DNA of 64,000 nt, from contig NC_087449.1 of the NCBI RefSeq assembly GCF_036321535.1, positions 23,932,001-23,996,000 on the forward strand, read 5' to 3'. The position numbers were made by a program, and so were the translations under genes. The notes beneath the pieces were generated by a model. The model was not told the origin of the DNA, ran no database searches, and saw only the letters and a program-made list of their open reading frames with translations. Below, piece by piece: positions 24,753 through 39,369 of this stretch. The stretch is from Camelus dromedarius. Its lineage: Eukaryota. The first letter of the stretch is position 1. Every line of letters begins with the position of its first letter.

Positions 24753-25619
24753 ATTCAAACCCAGTGACTACTTCCCTAGATAGGTAACAGTTGTACAAGG
24801 CCCAGAAAGGTGCTTGATCCTTCTACTCATTTTCTTAGGATCAGGAGACCTATTGCTTAGGAGACAGCCTCTCCATTCAATGAGCATCAGTAAATTGTGG
24901 ACTCGTAAGATGACTGAAACTGCCCCAACAGCCAACACTGACTTTCTCTCTTTCCATTATATGGTTTCCAATGATTATGTGGTACTGTTTTCAGTGACAA
25001 AGAATTTGGTGGTCTGCCCTCTCAAAGGTTATGGTTAAGACAGGCAACCTGGTAGGAAAAGTCAAGGTTATAATCAGTCCCACTTAAAAAAAAATATGGC
25101 TATTAAATTTAATACACAGAGCTTGATACAAAAATAACAATAACAAACTAAGTTTATTGTTATTATAATAGTTTGAGTGCTCATAATTACCAGTTACTAC
25201 TCTAAATACTTTACAAAGATACATAAATCTTCACAAAAACCTGAGATGCAGCATTAGAAACACATTCATTTGCTTTCACAGGAGGGCTTGTTTCACTCTC
25301 CGACTCCTCTTGTGAAAAAGCCTATCTATAAAGAGCTGAATTTCAGATAGAGAAAGAGAGAAACAAGCAAACAAACCTAATTAATTATTGCACCTTGGAC
25401 AAGTTCCCTTCCTTCGCTGGGCCAGGTATGCTCACTTGTAAATACAGTGAGTGGCCCGGATGCCACGAGGTCCTCCTGACTTTGCCAGTCTGTGACTCCC
25501 AAGCAGGAACCCAGGAAAATTTCCTCCTCTCCATTTGACATTCCTGCACGTGCTACCTCAGAGCACCAGATGGACAAATCACAAAGTCTAGCACAGCAGA
25601 TATAAACCTGAACCTGGTT

Positions 25620-25830
25620 CTAAAAACTAGAACCAGGACACCTGTGTTCTAGTTCTAGTTCTACCAATCACTCCCTCAGGGTATGACTTAGAACAAGTCA
25701 TTACACCCCCTGAGCCTCAGTTTCCTTATCTGTAAATTTATTAGCAGATACCCAAGGTCCTTCCTTGTAAGGCACAATTCCTGGTACTGAGAAAGTTGTC
25801 AATAACTGTTATTCTCATCAATATCATTAT
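25620..25830 (+). mobile_element. MIR SINE
   Basis: aacaagtcattacaccccctgagcctcagtttccttatctgtaaa. Confidence 0.7.
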
Positions 25831-26447
25831 CAATTATTATTCTCTATTCCAAAGGTTCCCAACAGTTTCAAGTAAGAAGCTTCCTTTAAATACAAAAAAG
25901 AAAAAAGTGATTTAGATTCCCCCTCCCACCTAATGGGTTTAAATTCAGTATCAATTGATTAGGGAAATATAAAATATAGAAAAGTCACTATGAATTTTTA
26001 TTCAGTTCATCAAAGTGACATTCATGTGTCCTTGAAAAGTATGAACATTATTTTGCAATCACTGATGATGCTTGATCCTTAGAACCCTTATGATGATTCT
26101 GAGGACCTGGGGTGAGACCCACTGCCCTGTACCACCCATTAGCCCAGAAGGTCATTGCCAACTTCACCTTCAATCACCTTGACTTCTCAGCTCCTCCTCC
26201 CCACTCTCACTGCTCTTACTACACTGCCAAGACCTAAAACACAAGGCAAAAAGGAGAAATACACATATATAGCATTTGGAGCTGAATATATAACTACTCG
26301 TGCATGTTTTTGCCTTTAAATCTTTTTTCTCACGTGTATACTTCTGCAGGTCCAAGTCCTGAATAAATTTCTCATAACTGGATTTTATTATACATTAGGA
26401 AAAAATACCAAATACTAGAATATTAGAACAAGAATCATTCTTTAAAG

Positions 26448-26590
26448 CAATGCTTATTCAACTTACAATTTGCTTATAAATCATCTATGGATCTTATTAA
26501 AATGCAGATTCTGATCCCATAGGTCTGGAGAGGAGCCCTACTCTGTATTCTTAACAAGCTCCCAGGTGTTGTAAATGCTACTGATCTACA
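26448..26590 (-). mobile_element. MER5A-like MITE
   Basis: ttattaaaatgcagattctgatcccataggtctgg...ttaacaagctcccaggtg. Confidence 0.75.
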
Positions 26591-28629
26591 GAGCAGGGTC
26601 CAGCCCCACTGCTTTGCAGAAGAGAACTTGAGGATCAGAGAAGGCAATTCTCTTGTTTGTGGTCACACAGCTCGTTAAAGGTAGGGCTTTGAGAGGAATT
26701 CAGGTTTGTTGACTTTTAGTCCAGAGCTCTTTCTGCTATGCCTTGATGTCACCCTTTTCTTCCCATCCACCAAAAAAAGTTTCTGGGAAAAAAATCTCAT
26801 TTTCCTTTCATCAAAGACAACACACACATATAAATACACACACACACACCCCTAGAGGACAGGAGTTAAATCGTAGTCTCTCCCTCAGTTTCCAGCACAG
26901 GATCTTACAAACAAGATACTCAAAATAATATACCTCGATGGATTAATCTGATGCGGGAGGGTGGTGGAGGGGTGTTGTATTCTAATTAGAGTAACGCCTT
27001 TACCTTGTTCCCTCCTTTTGATTTCTTTAAAGACACACTTCTGATCAGCCTCCCCCTGTCTCCAAAGGTGTCTGTACCTATATACTGTCTAAGTTTCCCC
27101 TAGAGGTACTTTTCCAAATTAAAAATTAATGTACTGGGAGAAAGTTCAAAACAAGCTATTATTCTAAATCAATATTTAGGGAGGAGATAAGGGGTTTTTA
27201 TCCCAGTACCAGCAGGGATTTTATGTTCCTGAATATCCTTTGCACTAGACCATTTAAGGTACATGAAGTGTTTGAAGAGTTGCACTTAGCAGCCTAAGTG
27301 TTCAAATAGGATGGCTTCAAAGCCTCCCTCGCCCTCCCACCGTTCAGAAATCACTCCTGGGCTTCTGGGGCTTTCCACTGTATTTTAACAATCCTAGGAG
27401 TTCAAGAAAGCTTGCTCCATGGAATTTCTTTGCTCAGGCCCAAGTTCGTAATAGGTCTTCAGAAGTGTCACATCCACCAGCTAGAGTCACACATTCACCA
27501 GGTTTTCAATAGATCTTTCTTTAAATGATCAGAAAACAACACCTCAAAGGGAAGAAAAATTGGCAACCTTTCAGCTGTTTCACATCCTGATTATATTCTA
27601 CCACTTGGTTAAAATTAACAAGTTTAGTGCAAATACTTTGGGTTTGGATTGCGCCACACTTAGGAAAACAAGAGGACAGAAAGGTGACGCTTAAAGGTAA
27701 AACTCACTTTTCCCCTTGCAAGAGGAGCGAAGTTCCAGAGCCCCAGGAGCCCCTCTCAGTGGGGCTTCCACTGGTGCCTAACTGGAGGAATGGAACCCAC
27801 CAACCCCCTGTGGCTCTGGCCGGGCTGCCCACCCTCCCTCCCACCCGTCCTGAGCCTGCCCTCTCAACCACAAACGCCCCTTCCCCGGGCGCCCCTTCAC
27901 CGTACCCCATCCCATCTGGGTCATTCCCTGCGTGCTGATGGCTCTGCACACGCACAGGCAGCCGCCCCACAGCGAAAGACAGCCCCGTCTGGGGGCCACA
28001 ACTCACCGCTCATATTTTTCTTAAGGCCCACATTAAAACAGATTCCTCTGCCTCTCTGCCTTCCCACTGCCCATCCCTACTGGTTCCACTGTCCCGGAGC
28101 CCAGAGAAGATGGAACATGTTCCAGTCCCAGTCTATATCCCCAGTGCCCAGCACAGTGCCCAGCACATAGTCAGGATTTACAAGCTGCTAACTCTTTTTA
28201 TCAGGTAACATCGATGTGTTCCCTCTGCTTCTCCCTTCAGACTCTGCTTCCTCCAGGAGGCTTACAAAATTTTTTAGAGCTGAAAAGGGCAGTCAAGCCA
28301 TCTTATTTTATAGAGGAGGAAATTCAGTTCAAACATCAAATGATACAATGGTCCAGTGAGTGGTCTGGCTGGAAAGAGCCTCTCCAGCCTCTGACATCTG
28401 TTGCTAACCTCCCCAGCCCCTCCTCGTGCCCTGCCTCCAGGCCAGGCAGCAGGACACCGCAGGCCACTGCTTCACCCAGCAGAGGAGATTGGTTCATTCA
28501 CAGTCTAGCCCTGGAGGCTAGGAGAGCCAAGTTCTGCTCCAGTCTCCAGCACTGAGAAAGTCTAGGGCCTTGATTCTGATCAAGTCAGTGTGGGCCTCCG
28601 GCTCCCCACCTGTAACACGGCAAGCCAAC

Positions 28630-28840
28630 CTCAGAGTTACTGATGCTTACTGTGAGCGCTCTGTACGTGCCAGGAGTCTGGGAGCACTGTCCCAGCTCAT
28701 CCTCACAAAAGGTAATGATATAGATATGATTAGCACCCTTAGTTTTCCAGGTAGGGAAACTGGGACTTCGAGGTTTGCCCAAGGTCGTAGTTAGCTGAGG
28801 GTTTACCTGACTCCCAGGCCAGTATTTCGACTTCTGTCTT
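28630..28840 (-). mobile_element. MIR SINE
   Basis: tactgtgagcgctctgtacgtgccagg...catcctcacaa...gggaaactgggacttcgaggtttgcccaaggtcg. Confidence 0.7.
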
Positions 28841-30059
28841 TTTTCACTTTCTCAGGGGCCCCCTCAGCTGTACAAAGCAATGACAGTGAAGAAGGCCTTG
28901 GAGGGAGCAAGCAGAAGGTGCAGCCCCACACCTCCGGTTCCCAGCAATCAGCCCTCGCCCTTACCTAACTGCGTGAGCAGCAGTTCTGCCTAATCCTAGG
29001 TGCACACAGTAAGAGACAGCATTCTTCCCCTGGGGGCTCGGCTTCTCCTGAGATTAGCCACAGTCCCCAGGAGGCTGTTATCCCAACCCCAGGGAAGGGC
29101 GCATCACAGCCAGACAAAGCTTATCGCAGGAAGCCACCACCACACTGGGGAAAGCAAAACACAGACTGAGTGACTCAGGTCTGATCACCAGCACTAGACG
29201 CTGGGCAAGCTAAATGCGTGCATGCCTGCCAGTCGTCAGCAGGTGATGATGAAGCAACCTCTGCATTTGTTGGAGGTGCCAGGAAGGGCCAGTAGCAAGC
29301 ACTCAAATGAAGATTATATCTGGAGCATGTCCTTAGAGCATCCCCGAGAGCAAGCCCCACCGTACACCCAGCACCTTGCACTATGCCTGGTGCAGGGCAG
29401 GTGTTCAGTCGGTTGACCGATGAAGTTACTGACTCACTGCCACAGTAGTGGACGCAAAGCGCTCCTCGCCGGAAATGAGAATGGGTACACAGACTCACCA
29501 GCAATTATCCAACTTGGGGTAAGTCCCTTCAGCTCAGTTTTCCCATTCCATAGCCCCAAATAATAGTGTTTCTTTCTCCAAATCCCCTGGGACTTAGCCA
29601 TTCATCCCACAGCACTCTGGGACAAATGCACAGAATAATTTTTAAAGGAACAATTATTTAGAGCCTCTTAGTTAAAGGGTAGTGAGCCTCTACTATCTAC
29701 ACAATGCAGGACTGAAGAAAATGGCCGTAAAAGTCTAGGTTTGGGGATTACAGGTACCCTGGTATTACGGAAGGGAGCAGACCGGGAATTCTAGGACCTC
29801 AAGTGATTTCTTGAGAAATGTGAGAAACCCTGCCACCAGCTTCACCTCATAGTTCCTAAATCTTCCAGGAAAATGCCTGCCAATTCAACTGACACTGTGG
29901 TTAATTTGCCATCAAAGACATCAGCATGAAATAAAATTTCAGGGAAAGAACAAAGGAAATAAGTCACAAACTTCCATTTCTTTCTCATTCACTCTCTTTC
30001 CAAGAGGTTAGGAAGGAGAATTGGTGTAGTAGTAACAGTAATGACAGTAAAGGAACATT

Positions 30060-30270
30060 TTCATGATGCTATGCAGTTCGCAGCAAACTTTCACCTGGAT
30101 TTCTCAATATACATAACAATTCTCCAAGCTTTATTAGCCCATTTTACAAATCAGGAAACTGAGGCTCAGAGAGGTTAAACATCTTGCCCAAGTTTGCACA
30201 GCAGATGAGGGGCAGGCCAGGCCCAAGCCCAGATTTTTTTTCTCCAAACCATGCATTCTTTCCCCTGTGC
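30060..30270 (-). mobile_element. MIR SINE
   Basis: ttattagcccattttacaaatcaggaaactgaggctcagagaggttaaacatcttgcccaag. Confidence 0.85.
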
Positions 30271-30542
30271 TGCCTCATATAAATGAGACATACTTCCTGT
30301 TCCCCAATTGTCGGAAAGCTAGACTTGTTGCTGAAGATGCCTTAGTTTCCTGATTTATGAAATGGGTATGATAATACTAGGGCGTACCTAACAGGGTCAT
30401 TGTGAGAATTAAGCAATGCTTGAATATTGCCTGGCACACACGTTACTAGTAGTAATAGATGTAATTGCTGTTAGACTGTTCATTGAGAACAGACTGCCAC
30501 TTCACGGCTTTTGTACTATGGTTCCCTCCTGAAGGATATTCC

Positions 30543-30545
<3 letters not shown>

Positions 30546-30580
<35 letters not shown>
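30546..30580. repeat. (AC)17 microsatellite
   Basis: Perfect AC run of 35 nt. Confidence 0.97.
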
Positions 30581-30581
<1 letters not shown>

Positions 30582-30739
30582 CCACAGTGCTCATTCCTCC
30601 ACTACCTGCCACTCTGCTCAAGGGACACTGTCATAGAGTCTTCCCTACCCCCCCCATACAACAGCGCCACCCCACCCCCACACTCACCCCATCACAAGCT
30701 CTTTTACTCTGCTTCATTTTTCTTAGCACTCACTCTCAC

Positions 30740-30865
30740 CGGATAAAGCATTTATTTCTTTACTTTCAGACTGCTTCCCGAGTAGAGTCTTTGTTTTATT
30801 CACAGCTTCACCTCCAGTATCTAAAACAATGCCAGTCACATAAATATTCGTTGCGTGAATAAAGG
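30740..30865 (+). mobile_element. L2 3' end
   Basis: ctccagtatctaaaacaatgccagtcacataaatattcgttgcgtgaataaa. Confidence 0.6.
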
Positions 30866-30929
30866 AAGCCCTGTGGATTCATTCACTGAGAAATGGAGAC
30901 AAACTCTTGCTTGCTATCTGACCCTTCAA

Positions 30930-31110
30930 TCTCAGATAAGACTTTAAAGTTTACAAGATATTTTTATATCCTTCATCTCCTCTAATCTTCCATAATCGTC
31001 AGGGAAGGGGTTATAATCCCCACAGCAGAGATGAAGAAACTGAGACCCCAGATCTCAGAGCAGAGCAACTTTCTGGAGAGGCAGAGTCCTGGCTTAGCTC
31101 CTGAACCCTA
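30930..31110 (-). mobile_element. MIR SINE
   Basis: ttataatccccacagcagagatgaagaaactgagacccca. Confidence 0.6.
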
Positions 31111-32439
31111 TTCCCACCTGGCACCTAGATGTGGGGGGTCTCGGCCTCCCTCTGAGTTGTTCTGGTCCTGGTGGAGCCGCTGAGGTTCCCGGAGAAGAGC
31201 TGGCTTACAGAGAGGAGCCTGGGAAATGGTTTTTATCACAGTCGAGCACCAGATACTACAGACAGCAGATTTTTGTGAACACATTTGTCAAAATAAACCC
31301 ATCAATTATTATCAATAGTTTAAAAAATGCATTATGGGCCACGGTTCTAGGGCTTACCAGACACATGTCTTCCAGGGAAGCTCCCCAGAGACACCTTTCC
31401 TGATTCCCTCTCTGCCAATCCAACCCCGTGCCTCACTTAGCTGCTCCCTCCTCCACACGTCCAGGACCTGGGCCCCTGCCTCACTGCACAGCCTCCTTCA
31501 CCAGTTTCATGCTCCTCACGAGGCCAGCTTCAAGCCCCCGCAGAAGTGCCTGGAGCCCCAGCCCAGTGGCCGGCTCCCATCCAGCAGGCCTCAGCCTGCA
31601 GGCGGATCACCCTCCTGAATGACACCAGCAGGGCAGGAAATAAAACAGCCCAGGCCTTTCCTCTCCTTCACCACTGCCTCAGGACCCAGGAAACCCGACT
31701 GAAGTTTTGCTAAGCTCCCTTTTTCTCTCTCCTGCGTGAGTGCAAGGAGGCCTAGCTGGCAGCAGATGGTTCTAAGGATTTAAGAAGAAGTGCTGTGGGA
31801 AATGCAAAGAAACACAGGCCTTTCTGACCATGTTTGCATTCAAACTGCTTGCAAGTTCAAAATTTAAAGAATTTTCCCGTCTGCTTACTAAGAGAAAGAA
31901 GAGAGAGTAAGAGCTCCCCAGGGGATACTTCCCTAGGAAGAAGAACTTTCAGATTGCCTAAAGAAAGGACGGGGAGGGGAGAAGGATGCTCAGGCAGAGA
32001 GGAATCACTCACCACCCCTATCCTCGGCTGGCCCTCAGCCCTGACGGTGCCCTCTCCCCTGTGGCAGGGGACCAGTCTTTTCCACATCTTCTCTCAAGCA
32101 GAGTGTACATGAAAGAAGAGAAAGAGGAGGACTGTAAGGGGGAATTCTAATTTGTTGCCAATTAAGGGCAGAGTGACCTTAATTTATAGCAGCAGAACCC
32201 AGAGTTATCACAGATTTTCCATCTTGGGAAAACAGCTCAGCTCTCAGCTGCCCACTGGTCCCCTGGAAATAGAGCCCACAGCAGGTTTAATTGAGTCCAG
32301 ATTGACTTTTTACAGGGTTGGATTCCTCATCTCTTGGAAGAGAAAGCCTTGAGATTTTCAGTTGTTCAAAGATGCATTTTTAAATTGCTAGATACTAAGA
32401 GCAAAGCCAACTGGAATGATCCCCGTCCCTAGGAAGTAA

Positions 32440-32850
32440 GGACAAAGCTTAGCAAAAGTGAGTCAATTCAATTGGCCACCAGATGCTGTGCTGGCTGTGA
32501 TCCAGACTTATACCCTATTTTAAGGAGCATCCAATGATCCAGGCAAGGTTAGAGGAGATATCACAAAAATAATAATTGCACAAATAAATATCTAATTACA
32601 AATCATAATGAAGAATATTTTTAAATACAGGTGTTATGAAAGCAAGTAAGTGGAAACTCACTCTAGTACAGCCAGTCAGGGAAGTGACATTTAGGCCAGA
32701 ACCAAAGGACTGGGAGTTGACGGGTTGGGGGAAGGATGTTCCCACAGGAGGGGACAGCCCATGGAAAAGCCACTATGGACAAAGATGCCAGATGAGGCAT
32801 GAGAGGGAGCTGCAGACAGACTGGAAGGCCAGCCTGAAAATCCTGTCAGA
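32440..32850 (-). mobile_element. L2 LINE fragment
   Basis: gagtcaattcaattggccaccagatgctgtgctgg...gaagtgacatttaggccagaaccaaagg. Confidence 0.55.
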
Positions 32851-35800
32851 AGATCCTTGATAATATTTTTGGTGGTACTCCTACCCGACTCCCCCCACTT
32901 TATTTCTTTAGGTCCAAGTCTTTAGATCTTAATTTCCCATTGCCCCACAGCTGCGAACTTCCTTCTGGACACTATACATCTCTTCCTCTGGTCCTCATTG
33001 TCACGTCCATGTGGGCACATTTTCACCTTGACCTTTTGCATTTTCAGAAAAGCTCAAATGTAATCAGTAAGCCTGGGCAGTGCCCAACCCTGACAACAGG
33101 GAACGCTCAGGTGGCCCTGCTTTTTGGCTTGGACCACTCAGGACACTTGCATATTAGAGAAAAACAAATAAATATTGACTCTACATCTCAAGTTCCACCT
33201 CCTTCAGAAAACCTTCCCAATAATTCCAAACAATGCACACATCTCTCCTCCTAGACCTACAAAACTTACTGTGTGCCCCTTCCTCGTGACACTTAATTAC
33301 ATGAATTTAGCATTCACTTGACACGTATTTGGCGATTTCCTATCTAGTAAAATATGCTGGACTGGATGGTTGTTAACTAAGAAAGACCTGGTCCCTGCTC
33401 ATCAAGAAGTGGCTAGAATGGAAAGCAGCTGGTTATATGACACTGGGGAAGTTACTTAACATCTCAGAGCCTCAGTTTTCTCTTGGGAATCAAAGTGTGA
33501 CCTCTTTTTATAAATACACATGGATTAAAAACACTATCAGAGGTTATCCTTGAAAAAAAGGATTGTGGTGAATTTTGTTTTCGTGTTACAATTCTGATTT
33601 TATTTTTAATGGACGTTTATTTCTCATGATAAAAAGCATTAAAACTGTTTCCTTTTAGGTTAAAACAAAGCAAAACAAAACAATAGCACTTTATTTCGTT
33701 GTGAGAATTAGTGAGGTACGGTGTGTGCACAATCAGGACACAATAACCTCCCCAAAGCAGAGTCTATGGGCTCCAAGCAGAAAATCTCAGAGAGACAGAG
33801 GAGAGACTGGACCACTGTCACACCTCTCAGCAATGCCGGCTCTGGATGTCAAAGTCGTTCCTACATGCCAGCTTCTTTCTGGGACAGAGACACGGCTAAG
33901 GGCATCTCCCAGGTTCTTCACCCCAGAGGGGCTGCCCCTAAATTCCAGGGATGAACTGTCTCGGTGAGGCTGGGGGCAGGGGTTATGATTGGCAGTCTCC
34001 TGTAACCAGGCTGAAGTATGGACAAAAGCAGTTTCTTTTCCCAGTTGACAAAGGGGCAGAAGGAGGAAGCAAGGGGAGAGGAGTTTAATTCAGGGCAATA
34101 ATTTCAGAAAGACAAAGTAAAAAGATTCCATTACAAAATACAAAACACCAGCCTGTAGTAGATGCTCAATAAATGATGGTGACTATTATTACAAAGATTA
34201 ACATCGAGGTTTCAGGCTAAATCGAGACAAGTGTGACTTAGGAGGCCTGGGTGGGAATACAGGCTGAATGTGAGGGCACTGGGGAAAGGAGCACAGAAGG
34301 GTGGATTCCTGAGTGTGGGAGCACTGGGGACTGAAGACCAAGATTTCAGGGAGGAGAGATGTTGAGAGGAACAGCTTGAGCCAGAGGCGCTGAGGGGGAG
34401 GAGCAGGTGCTAAGTACACAGACTTTAGGGGCCGCATGATGGAGAAAGGGCCCCCAACAAAGGTCAGCATGGATTCAGTGAGTTACTCTCATACCATCTG
34501 GGGGTATCAATCTTGTCTCCCGAAGAAAACAGTAAACTTCCTACAGAAGAGGATCTTGCCATCTAATTCTCCTGCATCCATTTTAGCTGTTGAATAAGTA
34601 TTTAATCAGATGGAATTGCCAGTGACTTCTGGGGAGCTTACAAAGGACATGTCACTCGGTGGGTGAAGGAGCTGTCCCGCCCAGGTCCCTTTTCCCTTCG
34701 TTTCTCTACACCAACACTTAACAGACATGGCCACTGGCCTGTTGATTTGATGCCATGAGTCTAGGCGAAGCCACTTCCACCAACATCTTGGACTGATTAA
34801 GAAACTTTCTAAACCTGAGTCCTAAGGCTGAAAGGTGGGAGGGTTGTTTATAAAATGTTTTGACCATCTCATCTATATATATATATAGTTTTAACCCCAA
34901 CACAACCATAAAATCTGACAATTACTTCTTTTTTTGAAAAAATTAAGTTGCAGCCCATGTAAGGGAGCAATGCCTCACTCCCTACACCCAGTGCTTTCAT
35001 CTTGGGAAGGGAAACCAATTAGTGTTGGAAGTGCTGGTCTCTCTCTGCCTCTCTATTAACTACTCCTTGCAGGGGCCTGAGGCACAGTCTGATACAGTGA
35101 CTTGCTGACAATTAGGTAGAAAACACCGGGTATGCTCAGCCCAGTGCCTCCCTTGTTCAGTGGGGAGGAGAGATGCCCTTTACCCGCTGTCCCCTGGGAG
35201 GCCCCCACCACAGGTTCTGACTCTCTGAAGATTATCTGGCCACAGGCAAAGCACTTGATTCCTTGACTTAGGGACACTGGATGTGAGTGGACAGCGCGTG
35301 CTGTGAGCAGCATAGAGAAAGAGGGTAACTCACCAGCAGATTAAGAACATTATCAACAATTGTTGTTGTCAGCAGTCTACACAGCTAATATCAAACAGAC
35401 AATATTTTGTGACTGAGAGTTCCCATACAACACACAGCAATTCTCTAAAGGGAGGAGGTAAACAGCTGCCAGGGAACTAAGCATGACTCTCTTAAGGCTC
35501 GCTTTTCAGAGAAGCCCATATGGAGAAGGGCTAACTTTCCGCACGCTGAAGATTCAGGTGGGGAAAAGAAAAACAACCAACACTCTGTAGGGCATGTGAA
35601 AATTATGCAAAAACTATGACATACCCACATCGGAGTGAAATCCAAGAGGTGAGGATCTAATCTCTCTTGTGGAGAAAAAGTAGAATAAGTTGCTTTGATG
35701 GTGGTTTAAACCCATCAGGAAATGGTGTCAATTTCCCAGAATGAACAGACAGGAGACTTTCCAGGACATCTAGGATTTCACGCAGCAGGCTCTGTTCTTA

Positions 35801-36799
35801 TCTTACGATGTTTAACCTTCACAAAGCTTAAGAAAGTCCTTGTCCTTGAGAAATATTAATATAATTGTAAACTAAAAGTTCTAAGCACTAGGAAGGCCTG
35901 TGCCAGAGATGATTATATTATAAAAGACAGGTTCTGAGATTTAGAAGTTTTGCTGCATCAAATCCTGGGAAAATCTCAAAGGAGGAGATACAGTCTTGCT
36001 GCTCTCCATTTAATTCCCAGGAGTAGCTGTGAGCATAGACAGACCACCACCCAGGCAGTGAACCAGCGCTTCCCATGATCCTCCCACCCTGTCCAGGTCG
36101 GCACCATTGTGCTTCCCATTTTACAGATTAAGAAGGTGAGTCTCAGGGAGGTCAAGTAATCTGCTGACCTGGACAGGGTTTCACAGCAAGACTTTCAGAT
36201 GTCAAAGCCTTTCTATCGATGGCTCTCCCATGGGCTGCAATCACCAACCACCTAGGAAACTCCTTGCTTTTAAGTTACTTCTCTCAGTCTATTTGCAAGT
36301 GAACTTTCTTAGGTTACAGGACCTCTAGGCTCCAGGCCCCATCTACAAATGCCTCACAAATATTTCCAAAAACAGTAGTTGATTTGAGGAGAGTCAGGCA
36401 AATTCATTTGCTAGTGAAACTGCAGTAAAAATAGACATAAATCAGTCTCTAAGAGTCACGAATTCCGAACAGTCTTTTAGAGCAGAAAGCACAAAGGGCC
36501 TGAAGTCAAAGAGGCTGGGTTTCACACAGGCTCCACCGGCTACAGTGACTGAAGGTGAGCCGCCAACCTTCCAGGCCTAATTTTAAAAGGGAGAGAGAAA
36601 GAGAGAAATAAAGTAATCCTGTTTCATTGGATTATTTGGGAAACTAATGGTAATTTTATACATGAAATAACTTTGTAAGCTGCAAAGCCCTATACAAGTG
36701 GAGGATTTAATTATAATTATATTGACTCAGCTATTTGGCTGGGATCTTACAGGGAATCTGAATCATCAGATAGAGGTTTTTTTAAAAATGAGATGTAAA

Positions 36800-37030
36800 A
36801 TAGCATAATAATTAAGAACAAAGCCCTAACCTCAGGATAACGAGGTTCAAACCCTTGCTGTGTGATCGTGAGCAGGTTACTTACCTTCTCTGTACCTCAG
36901 TTTTCTTATCCGGAAAATGGGGACAATAATTAGTGCCTACCTCATAAGGTGGCCCTGAAGACTATGCAAGTTAAAATACTTAAAGAACTGAAAATGGTTC
37001 TTGGAACACAGGATGCTTGACCAGTATTAC
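36800..37030 (+). mobile_element. MIR SINE, near full length
   Basis: gctgtgtgatcgtgagcaggttacttaccttctctgtacctcagttttcttatccggaaaatggggacaataattagtgcctacctcata. Confidence 0.85.
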
Positions 37031-38284
37031 TGTACTATCATGATTTTCACTGAACAGGCAAAAAGTGGACTGGGATGTAGCAGCCGGCACTACAAAACAA
37101 AACCACTGCAGCAGAGGGAAAAAGGCAGACTATAGCTCTGAAATGTACTGTATTTTGAACTCTCTGGGGGACTCTTTTGGAGAGAAAAATAAGTCATCAG
37201 ACTTCCAGTAAAACCCTGCTTCTTCCTCCCCTCCCCTGCCCTCTTCCTCGCCCATCCTATGCAGAAAACCTAACAGCCCCAAAGTCCTCTTTCTTCTTCA
37301 TCACTCTCCCATCCCCAAAGATCAGCTTCAGCCCAGGTGAAGGCCTAACTGAAGACCCCAGGACAGTCTGGGCAAGTCCCTGGAGACCAGGGCAGCTGCA
37401 GAATGTCAGCCTCTCCCCTCTCTCCATTTCAATCCTTCCCCTCCTTCACGGCTCCCACAATATCCCACTCCTCCCCAAAGACTGCTCCCTTCGGCACTGT
37501 GCATCTGTAATTGCCAACTCTGCTCTCACTGGCTGCATAATTATTTCACAAGTGCCTATTTTATTGCCCCTAAAAGGTAAACTCCCCAAGAGCTAGTCAT
37601 ATTCTTCTAGATTCCCCACAGGGCTTAGCAAGGGGCTGCAGACACTGACCATGTGCCATAAATAATTTGGTAAGGGGTTTAGTTCCCTGGAAGGAGCCCA
37701 GACTCCCTGCAAAGTGGTCAGATGCAAACTCGGTCTGAGCCTCGACTCCTCCTCCCCAAGCCCATGGCAGATTCTGCTATCAGATCACAGCATAGGATCA
37801 CAGGCTTTCTCCCAGAGACCCTGGAAGAAACCTCAGAATCCTTTTCATCACTGCACTGCAGGGAGCCAATACAGACTGACTGGAAAGATGAACCCTTTTT
37901 TGCCATCTCTGCTTCCTAGGCACTTCCCTAACTGAGTCTCTGTAACACTGGGACTTAACCACTATTATTATAACTACCACACTCTACTGTACAGAGTTGT
38001 TCACTTGTCTGCCTCCACTAGACCAGGGGCTTTCAAACTTTTGATCATGGGAGCCCAATAATAACCTAAATCAGCATGTACCAAACTGAAGCTAAAGTTT
38101 CCCAAAACAATACTGATTAGTGTAATGCACTGTGATATTTCCTATTACAGTCTGTCTAAAAATACTGATTCAGATCCACAGAATTCATCTCATGGTGCAC
38201 TATGGTTTACAACTATATCTATGTGATATAGATACAGAGAGGTAAATAGAGAGATAGGTAAATAGATGATATAGTATGTTAGTT

Positions 38285-38695
38285 ACATAATGTTAGTTAA
38301 GGTAACATTAGCAGCTATAACTGATAAACCCCAAAATCTCAGCCTTTACTACAATCAAAGTCTGTTTCTTGTTCACATAAAACCTAAACCAGTGTAGACT
38401 GGGAGGTGGCTTCCACTGGGCAGTCATTCAGGGTGGGTTCCAGGCTGTTTCTTGTGGTACCTTTAACACATGACTTCTAGAGTTACGACGTTCCGGATCA
38501 TAGCAATCCTGCCTGGGAAGTTTTTTATGGGTCAAGTGTACAAGTGACACTCATTGCTTTCAATCTCATTCCATTGGCTAGTATTTAGTCACATGGCCTC
38601 ACTTAACTGCAAGGGACCTAGGAAATGTAGCCTAGCCATGTGCCCGGGAAAAGATGGAAACCGATCTGATGATCAGCTAGCAGTCTCTACCACAG
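38285..38695 (-). mobile_element. MLT1 (J/K-like) MaLR solo LTR
   Basis: cattccattggctagtatttagtcacatggcctcacttaactgcaagggacctaggaaatgtagcctagccatgtgccc...gctagcagtctctaccaca. Confidence 0.75.
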
Positions 38696-39369
38696 ACCTG
38701 CCATTTACAAAACCCTCCAAGGGAAGGACCTAGCCTTACTCACATTTGTATCTCCAGAACTAGCGAAATTTTTGGCTCATAGAAAATGTATGACCATAGG
38801 ATGAATGGGGAACATGATAGATCCTGGCTAGAGTTCCAGAAGTATTAGGGTTTATGATTAGGTTTCATAAGTCTCTCCAAACTGACACCTGTGCAAAGCC
38901 TAAAGCAAAGCTGAATCCAAAAATCTGCATTAGGGCAGGTGGAAGATACCAGAAAAACTGCTTGGTGTCTCCCCTTCTATGTGGAGGCTACACAGACACT
39001 CTTCCAACACCCCCATGCCTGTCACGGAGCACAGCAGAACAATTAAGAGCACACAGACTTTTGAGGCGGATAAATCCTGGCTGGGCCCCTCCCTGGCTAC
39101 AGAACCACAGCTGAGTGTTCACTATGTGAGAGGCATGATGCCGCACATCTTCTAGGCAGTATCTCATTGCATCCTCACAAGAAGCCTCTGAAGGACACTG
39201 ATTTCTCCCTTGGACCTTCCCACTGCCTGAGAGAATCAATGGCTTCTACCCCTGTGTTCCCAAAGCACTTTCCAAATTCACAACCCTTTAATTCACTTGT
39301 GGGAGAGCTGTTTTGGCACGTGGAGGTACCTATCTGTTCATCTTATCTCTCCAATTGCACTTCAAGGAT

